A stretch of 64,000 nucleotides of DNA from Acidimicrobiia bacterium (lineage in GTDB: Bacteria > Actinomycetota > Acidimicrobiia > IMCC26256 > JAOSJM01): NCBI GenBank assembly GCA_027494165.1, contig JAOSJM010000008.1, positions 10,217 to 74,216 on the forward strand. The letters run 5' to 3'. Position numbers and translations under genes: made by a program. The notes beneath the pieces are model-generated. The model saw only the letters and a program-made list of their open reading frames with translations, was not told the origin of the DNA and made no database searches. Each line of letters opens with the position of its first letter. Within the stretch, counting starts at the first letter, position 1. Shown one piece after another: positions 57,998-64,000 of this stretch.

Positions 57998-58854
57998 GTG
58001 CCTCCCGACCCTCCCGCGCCGGCCGCCGCGCCCGTCGACGCGATCGCCGTGCGAGGTCGGCAGGTCGTGGTGGCGTGGGGCGACCAGGTCGCGCTCGCGA
58101 CCTCCGACTTCGCCCTGCCCGCCGGCAGGGTCACCGCCCTCATCGGGCCCAACGGCTCCGGGAAGTCCACCCTCCTCCACGCCATCGCCAGGCTCGTCGA
58201 GCCGCTCCGGGGCTCGCTCGAGGTGCACGCCCCCGACCCTCCCGACCCCCGCTCGCCTACGTCCTGCAGTCGACGAAGGTGAACGAGGCGATGCCGGTCA
58301 CCGTGCGCGAGGTCGTCATGATGGGGCGGTACGGGCGACGGGGGCTGCTGCGGCCGTTCCGCAGCGACGACCGCGAGGCCTGCCGGATCGCCCTGGAGCG
58401 CCTCGACATCGCGGACCTGCGCGACCGGCACCTCGACGAGCTCTCGGGCGGCCAGCGCCAACGGGTCTTCGTGGCCCAGGGCCTCGTCGAGGACGCCCAG
58501 ATCCTCCTGCTCGACGAGCCGGTCACCGGCCTCGACCTCGTGTCGCGCGATCGCATCCAGCAGGTCATCGCCGAGGAGCGCGACCGGGGCACGACGATCG
58601 TGCTCACGACCCACGATCTCCGCGACGCCTGGGCCGCCGACCACGTCCTGCTGTTGGCCGGGCGGGTGGTCGCCGGCGGGCCGCCCGGCGAGGTGGTCAC
58701 GGCGGAGCGCCTGAGCGCCGCCTTCGGCACGGAGATCGTCACGGTCGGGCCGCGCTCGCTGCTCGTCGACGACGCGCATCACGTCACCACGGCTCCCCGG
58801 CACGTCCACTTCGACCGCACCGGCCACCACCACGGCGTCCCGCCCTCGGAGTGA
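57998..58854 (+). CDS. Metal ABC transporter ATP-binding protein (ZnuC/MntA-like) with His-rich C-terminal tail; 1-nt deletion as sequenced
   Basis: Walker A GPNGSGKST is in the 57917 frame. After the C5 run 58246-58250 the reading continues LAYVLQS..LSGGQRQRVFVAQGL..LLLDEPVTGLD..TTHDL.. and ends ..HHVTTAPRHVHFDRTGHHHGVPPSE. Confidence 0.8.
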
Positions 58855-58976
58855 CCCCGGCCGGGCCCGGCCCGTCCCGGGTCCTCCACGGTTCCTCACG
58901 GCGATCTCCACGTCGTCTCCAAGCTCCGGCCGCCCGGATCCCCGACGATGGCTCCAGCCGAGCGAGGAGACGAGCC

Positions 58977-60152
58977 ATGGAGCGCGAGTACGACGCCGTG
59001 ATCGTGGGAGCCCGGGTCGCAGGATCGGCCACGGCGCTGTGCCTCGCCCGCCTCGGCCACCGGGTCCTGGTGGTCGACCGGGCCCCCCGGATCGGCGACA
59101 CGCTGTCCACCCACGCCGTGCTCCGCACCGGTGTCGTCCAGCTCACCCGCTGGGGTCTGCTCGACCGGGTGATCGCCGGCGGGGCCCCTCCGTCCCGGCG
59201 GATGGTGCTCTCGGTCGACGGCGCCACGATGCCGCTGCCCGCCGACGAGACCGGCCGGGTGGCGGCGCTCTACGCCCCCCGCCGCCACGTGCTGGACAAC
59301 ATCGTGCTCGACGCGGCCCGGCGGGCCGGCGCCGACGTGGCGCTCGGGACCAGCCTGACCGGCGTCGTGCACGACGCGACCGGGCGGGTGGCCGGGGCCC
59401 GGCTCCGCTCCACGGCCGGAGAGCGCATCGTCCGCGCCTGCTTCACGGTGGGGGCCGACGGCCTGCGTTCCCGGGTAGCAGCCGCGGTCGGCGCGCCCGT
59501 CCTCGACCACCGACCGGCCACCTGCGCCTGGATCTACACCTACGTGGCCGGCGTCGGCACCGGCGACCTCGAGATGTTCTACGGCTCGCGGCGCATCGCG
59601 GGGATCTTCCCGACGAACGACGGTCTCGCGAACGTCTACGTCGGGGTGCCGGTCACCGAGGCCGACCGCGTCCGGACCGACCCCGACGGCCTGTTCCACG
59701 AGACCCTGGCCACGATCTCGCCCTCGCTGGCCGAGCGGATCCGGGCCGGCGCGCGGGTCGAGCGGTTCCGGGTCTCGACCGGCCTCCCGGCGCTGGTCCG
59801 CCGGCCCCACGGCCCGGGCTGGGCCCTCGTCGGAGACGCCGGCCACCACAAGGACGCGGCCAGCGGCCACGGGATCAGCAGCGCCTTCCGCGACGCCGAG
59901 CTGCTCGCGCGGAGCCTCCACGCCTCCGCCCGGGGAGACGAGCCCGAGCGGGCCGCCCTGGCCGGCTTCGAGGCGCGGCGAGACGCGCTCTCCCACCGGA
60001 TGCACGAGGCGGTCTGCGGGCTGGCCTCGCTGGACTGGGACGGGCCCGGCGCGATCGCCCACCTGGCGACGATGGGCGAGGCGATCGACCGGGAGTGCGA
60101 CGTGCTGTGGGCCCTCGACACGGCGGGCGACACGGCACCGGTCGCCGCCTGA
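58977..60152 (+). CDS. FAD-dependent oxidoreductase/monooxygenase (geranylgeranyl-reductase-like)
   Basis: ATG 58977 follows GAGGAG. YDAVIVGARVAGSATALCLARLGHRVLVVDR (GxGxxG) ..GADGLRS..ALVGDAGHHKD. Confidence 0.85.
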   Translation: MEREYDAVIVGARVAGSATALCLARLGHRVLVVDRAPRIGDTLSTHAVLRTGVVQLTRWGLLDRVIAGGAPPSRRMVLSVDGATMPLPADETGRVAALYAPRRHVLDNIVLDAARRAGADVALGTSLTGVVHDATGRVAGARLRSTAGERIVRACFTVGADGLRSRVAAAVGAPVLDHRPATCAWIYTYVAGVGTGDLEMFYGSRRIAGIFPTNDGLANVYVGVPVTEADRVRTDPDGLFHETLATISPSLAERIRAGARVERFRVSTGLPALVRRPHGPGWALVGDAGHHKDAASGHGISSAFRDAELLARSLHASARGDEPERAALAGFEARRDALSHRMHEAVCGLASLDWDGPGAIAHLATMGEAIDRECDVLWALDTAGDTAPVAA

Positions 60153-60224
60153 GGGAGGAGCGCCGCACGCGGGGAGGACGCCCCGTTCCCGCGAGCGCGG
60201 TGCCCCGCGGCCCGCCGTGGAACA

Positions 60225-61877
60225 ATGCCGCAGGTGCGGTACCGGTTCGACGACTTCGAGCTCGACCTCGACCGGTTCGAGCTCCGGCGCGGCGGCGAGG
60301 TCCAGCGGGTCGAGCCCCAGGTGTTCGACGTCCTCACGCACCTCGTGCGCAACGCCGGCCGGGTGGTCCCCAAGGAGGAGCTCCTCGACCACGTCTGGGG
60401 CGACCGCTTCGTGAGCGAGTCGGCCCTGACCAGCCGGATCAAGGCCGTTCGGGCCGCCGTCGGCGACAGCGGGCGCTCCCAGCGGCTCGTCCGCACCGTC
60501 CACGGCCGGGGTTACCTGTTCCAGGGCGAGGTCGTGGAGGCGACCGACCGGCCGGCGGTCACGCCGGCCCGGGCCGAGCCCGCGACCCGCTACGCCCGCA
60601 GCGGCGCCTACCACCTCGCCTACCAGGTGATCGGCGACGGCCCCCCCGACCTCGTCTTCATCCCCGGGTTCGTGTCCAACGTGGAGCTGCAGTGGCAGCT
60701 CCCCGGGTTCGCCGAGTTCTTCCAGCGCCTCGGCTCGTTCGCCCGCCTCATCGTGTTCGACAAGCGGGGCACGGGACTGTCCGACCGGGTCCCTCTCGAC
60801 GAGATCCCCACCATCGAGGAGCGGATGGACGACGTCCGGGCGGTCATGGACGCCGCCGGCTCGGAGCGGGCCACGCTGTTCGGCATCTCCGAGGGCGGGC
60901 CGATGGCGCTCGTGCTCGCGGCCACCTTTCCCGATCGGGTCGACCAGCTCGTGATCTGCAACTCGTTCGTCGAGGGCAGCTGGGGCGAGCGCGAGATCGT
61001 CGACCTCGACATGGTCGAGCGCTCCTGGGGCGAGGGGCTGGTCTTCTCCGTCCTCGCCCCGTCGTGGGCCCGGGACCCGGCCATGCGGCAACAGCTCGGC
61101 CGCTACGAGCGGCACGCCGCCAGCCCCCAGGTGGCCCGCCAGATCATCGAGCTGGCCACCAGGATCGACGTCCGCGGCGTCCTCCCGGCCGTCCACCGCC
61201 CCACCACGGTGGTGCACCGGCGGGACGACCCCATCTTCCCCTTCGAGCAGGCCGAGCGCATGGCCGCGGCCGTCGCGGGCGCCGAGCTCGTCGGGCTCCC
61301 GGGCCACGACCACTTCGTCTGCGCCGGCGACGCGCAGGCCGTGCTCGACATCGTGGAGCAGCGGGTCACCGGGCAGCCGGGTCCACCGGTCCCGTCCCAG
61401 CGGGTCCTCGCCACGGTGGCGTTCGTCGACATCGTCGGCTCCACGGCGACGGCGCGCGAGCTCGGCGACCGGCGCTGGCGTGACCTGCTCGACCGCTTCC
61501 ACACGGTCACCGGAGAGGCGGTGGCCACCGAGGGCGGCCGGCGGGTGAAGACGACGGGCGACGGCTACCTCGCGCTGTTCGACGGACCGGCCCGGGCCAT
61601 CCGGTCGACCTGCTCGGCCCGGGCGGCGGCCGCCGGCCTGGGGCTGGCGGTGCGGGCAGGGGTGCACACGGCCGAGGTGGAGCTCGTCGGGGACGACGTG
61701 GCCGGCATCGGCGTCCACATCGGCGCCCGGGTCGCGGGGGAAGCGACGCCCGGCGAGGTGTGGGTGTCGCGCACGGTACGGGACCTCGTCGCCGGCTCCG
61801 GGTTGCGGTTCGCCGACCGGGGCAGCCACGCGCTCCAGGGCCTCGATGAGTCGTGGGCCCTCTACGCGGTCGAGTAG
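60225..61877 (+). CDS. Three-domain signalling protein: OmpR/PhoB-type winged-helix DNA-binding domain, alpha/beta hydrolase and class III nucleotidyl cyclase
   Basis: N-terminus: YRFDDFELDLDRFELRRGGEVQRVEPQVFDVLTHLV..RIKAVRAAV..VHGRGYLF. Middle: ..FIPGFVSNVE..FDKRGTGLSD..LFGISEGGPMAL (nucleophile elbow G-x-S-x-G). C-terminus: VAFVDIVGSTA..VKTTGDGYLALF..VRAGVHTAEVE..GIGVHIGARV. Confidence 0.85.
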   Translation: MPQVRYRFDDFELDLDRFELRRGGEVQRVEPQVFDVLTHLVRNAGRVVPKEELLDHVWGDRFVSESALTSRIKAVRAAVGDSGRSQRLVRTVHGRGYLFQGEVVEATDRPAVTPARAEPATRYARSGAYHLAYQVIGDGPPDLVFIPGFVSNVELQWQLPGFAEFFQRLGSFARLIVFDKRGTGLSDRVPLDEIPTIEERMDDVRAVMDAAGSERATLFGISEGGPMALVLAATFPDRVDQLVICNSFVEGSWGEREIVDLDMVERSWGEGLVFSVLAPSWARDPAMRQQLGRYERHAASPQVARQIIELATRIDVRGVLPAVHRPTTVVHRRDDPIFPFEQAERMAAAVAGAELVGLPGHDHFVCAGDAQAVLDIVEQRVTGQPGPPVPSQRVLATVAFVDIVGSTATARELGDRRWRDLLDRFHTVTGEAVATEGGRRVKTTGDGYLALFDGPARAIRSTCSARAAAAGLGLAVRAGVHTAEVELVGDDVAGIGVHIGARVAGEATPGEVWVSRTVRDLVAGSGLRFADRGSHALQGLDESWALYAVE

Positions 61878-61914
61878 CCCCCGTCGGGGACCGGCCGCGC
61901 CAGCAGCCGGCGGG

Positions 61915-62643
61915 TCAGTCGATCGACGGGCTTGTCGACGGGCTCGGGGCCATCGACGCCGTCGACGGACCCGGAGCCGTCGGGCCGAGCGGTGCGCCCG
62001 CTCCGAGCCGGGCTCGCCTCCGGCGCACGAGGAGCAAGAGCGTCGTGCCCGTCCCGGCGGCCACCGCCCACACCCAGGGCGGCCGGTCGAGGGCCCACGG
62101 GAGGAGCTCGGCGCCGGCGACCACGGCGAAGACGATGCCGGGCAGCAGACCGATCGCGGTCCCGACGAAGAAGTGACGGGACCTGACCCGTGACATCCCC
62201 AGCAACCAGTCGGCCTGGGGGAGCAGGTTCGTCGCCAGGCGCAGGACGATCACCGTGCGCAGGCCGCGCTCGGCCAGGTGCCGGTCGTACCGCAGGACCC
62301 TCGGCGACAGCCGGGACTCGACGAGGTCCCGGGCGACGAACCGGGCCCCGTAGAACCCGATGGTGCTCGCGACCATCCCCCCGCCCCAGACCGCCAGCGT
62401 CGCGAGCCAGGTGGGCCACACCAGGGACGCGGGGACGATGAACACGACGCCCGGCAGGCCGAAGGGCTGGACCGTTCCCATGAGGGCCACGAAGACGAGC
62501 GGGCCCCACACGCCCGAACCGGTGAGGAGCTCCTCCAGCCGGTCGGAGTCCCGCACGAGGTCCCACAGCCCGAGGGCCAGGAGCCCGCCGAGGCTCGCGA
62601 GGGCGACGACGAGCACGAGTCCTCGCTTCACCCGGACCGACAT
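61915..62643 (-). CDS. DedA/VTT-domain (TVP38/TMEM64-like) membrane protein
   Basis: 242 aa: ..GVWGPLVFVALMGTVQPFGLPGVVFIVPASLVW..RLATNLLPQADWLLGMSRVRSRHFFVGTAIGLLPG. Confidence 0.8.
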   Translation of the reverse strand: MSVRVKRGLVLVVALASLGGLLALGLWDLVRDSDRLEELLTGSGVWGPLVFVALMGTVQPFGLPGVVFIVPASLVWPTWLATLAVWGGGMVASTIGFYGARFVARDLVESRLSPRVLRYDRHLAERGLRTVIVLRLATNLLPQADWLLGMSRVRSRHFFVGTAIGLLPGIVFAVVAGAELLPWALDRPPWVWAVAAGTGTTLLLLVRRRRARLGAGAPLGPTAPGPSTASMAPSPSTSPSID

Positions 62644-62778
62644 CGCCCCGCCGTCCTCCCCTGCCGGCGGCCAGCCTACGACCGTCCGCGGGGGAATGCC
62701 CCCTCCGCACGGTTCCTACCGGTTCGGCGCAGGCCCGAGCCCTCGGACCGGCGGCCGCGGTGTCGGTAGGCTGGCCGG

Positions 62779-63423
62779 GTGGACGAGCTGGTCCGGTGGC
62801 TCGGCGCGGAAGCCCACGAGAACGCCCGGTGGATGGGCTGGAACACGCTCCTCGCGCTCGTGCCGGCGGCGATCGCCCTCCTCCTGTTCCGACCCGGGTT
62901 CCGGTCCGGCCGGCGACCAGGGCCCGCCTGGTGGGTCGGCGCGACCCTCTTCCTCCTCTTCCTGCCCAACGCCCCCTACGTCCTCACCGACGTCGTCCAC
63001 CTCGTCGCCGACGTCCGCGAGGAGTCCTCGGACGCGGTCGTGCTGGCCGGTGTCCTCCCCGTCTACGGCGCGTTCTTCGCCACCGGCCTCGGCGCGTACG
63101 TGCTCTGCCTGCGCCGGATCAGCCGCTTCCTCGTGGAGCACGGATGGGATCCGCCCCGACGCGTGGCCGCGGAGCTCGTACTGCACGGGGTGTCCGCGGT
63201 CGGGATCTACCTCGGTCGCGGTCCCCGCCTGAGCTCCTGGGACGCGGTCCTCGACCCCGCGAGGACGATGTCCGGGCTCGGCGGCCTCCTCCGCCCCGTG
63301 CCGCTCGCCGCGACCGTCGCGGTGTTCGCCGGCCTCCTGGTCGCCACCGCGGTCGTCCGGGTGCTGCTGGACGCGACGGCCGAGCTCGCACACCGACACC
63401 TCGGGCCACTGCGGCCCGCGTAG
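62779..63423 (+). CDS. Integral membrane protein, DUF1361-like
   Basis: 214 aa, about 5 TM. LFLPNAPYVLTDVVHL resembles the DUF1361 signature as I recall it. Confidence 0.65.
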   Translation: MDELVRWLGAEAHENARWMGWNTLLALVPAAIALLLFRPGFRSGRRPGPAWWVGATLFLLFLPNAPYVLTDVVHLVADVREESSDAVVLAGVLPVYGAFFATGLGAYVLCLRRISRFLVEHGWDPPRRVAAELVLHGVSAVGIYLGRGPRLSSWDAVLDPARTMSGLGGLLRPVPLAATVAVFAGLLVATAVVRVLLDATAELAHRHLGPLRPA

Positions 63424-63429
63424 CCCGAC

Positions 63430-64000
63430 GTGCCCGCGTCGACGCCCGAGAGACCCGGGAGACCCGACCCGCCCGGCGGCGGGCTCCCCCGGCTCTACGG
63501 CGACCTCGCCGACTGGTGGCCGCTGCTGTCGGCGCCGGCCGAGTACGCCGAGGAGGCCGGGCGGTACCTCGAGGTGATGCGCGCGACCTCGGCGATCCCG
63601 GTGCGGGAGCTGCTGGAGCTCGGCTCGGGTGGGGGGAACACGGCCTCTCACCTCGCGGCCCACCTCGACCTGACGCTCGTGGACCTCGCCCCGGCGATGC
63701 TCGAGGTGAGCCGCCGGCTGAACCCGGGGTGCACCCACGTCGAGGGCGACATGCGGACCGTGCGGCTGGGGCGGAGCTTCGACGCCGTGCTCGTGCACGA
63801 CGCCGTCGACTACCTCACGACCCCCGAGGATCTCTTCGCCGCGATGACCACCGCGGCCGTCCACTGCCGGCCCGGCGGCGTGGCGCTGTTCGTCCCCGAC
63901 CACGTGCGCGAGACGTTCACGCCCTCGACGAGCCACGGCGGGCACGACGGCGACGGCCGCTCCCTGCGGTACCTCGAGTGGACCCACGCCCCCGATCCGG
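63430..64000 (+). CDS. Class I SAM-dependent methyltransferase (3' end off window)
   Basis: Not in the ORF track because no stop lies in the window. From GTG 63430: ..YGDLADWWPLLSAPAEYAEEAGRYLEV..VRELLELGSGGGNTASHL (motif I) ..DLAPAMLEVSRR..VEGDMRTV..FDAVLVHDAVDYL. Confidence 0.8.
   Translation, partial: MPASTPERPGRPDPPGGGLPRLYGDLADWWPLLSAPAEYAEEAGRYLEVMRATSAIPVRELLELGSGGGNTASHLAAHLDLTLVDLAPAMLEVSRRLNPGCTHVEGDMRTVRLGRSFDAVLVHDAVDYLTTPEDLFAAMTTAAVHCRPGGVALFVPDHVRETFTPSTSHGGHDGDGRSLRYLEWTHAPDP

Overview
Very GC-rich (by eye above 70% GC) chromosomal segment from a high-GC actinobacterium. The Mca/mycothiol gene, SARP regulator, DosR-like regulator and DUF222-HNH gene fit this; an Acidimicrobiia-like lineage is only a guess. 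About 58 protein genes are densely packed on both strands, plus tRNA-Pro(UGG) and tRNA-Gly(UCC). I saw no rRNA, CRISPR, integrase or transposase. Most long ORFs in the six-frame track are Arg/Pro/Gly-rich shadow frames, so genes were called from protein-like translations, motifs, SD sequences and stop/start coupling.

Content, left to right:
- A lipid-carrier glycosylation module (GT-C glycosyltransferase, GT2-GtrA fusion, PAP2).
- Quinone oxidoreductase, an AMIN-like lipoprotein and ChbG/YdjC.
- VapBC, SCP2, Mca and a PaaI thioesterase.
- A class III cyclase and VanW.
- A DosR/DevR-like dormancy-type cluster (USP, NarL-type regulator, PPOX, CBS, Hsp20, CtpF-like P-type ATPase).
- CorA, carbamate kinase and a second P-type ATPase.
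- A PatA-like GNAT/NDP-forming acyl-CoA synthetase.
- A duplicated-MgtE (SLC41-like) transporter with a PhoU/TrkA-C partner.
- A CPBP protease.
- PilZ, a class-III aminotransferase-fold enzyme, a kinase-like protein and an aldehyde dehydrogenase.
- A CrtI-like oxidoreductase.
- Split NHEJ modules (LigD ligase and phosphoesterase domains) with Fpg/Nei and an MBL hydrolase.
- Nitronate monooxygenase and a large SARP regulator.
- A small tRNA-Gly-associated islet (SRPBCC, membrane PLC-like protein, HNH/DUF222).
- A Fur/Zur plus Znu-type metal uptake locus.
- A wHTH/alpha-beta hydrolase/cyclase fusion.
- DedA, DUF1361-like and SAM-methyltransferase genes.

Most notable observations:
1. Two secreted proteins are built from the same uncharacterised 42-aa repeat, encoded by near-perfect 126-bp tandem DNA repeats. 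One is fused to a CAP domain and the other to an SGNH domain.
2. A dispersed and tandem 61-bp palindromic intergenic repeat family.
3. A degenerate copy of the tRNA-Gly 3' half, marking an integration scar.
4. About twenty single-base indels, mostly in G/C homopolymers, break conserved genes and even tRNA-Pro. These are most likely assembly errors and must be resolved before any pseudogene claim.
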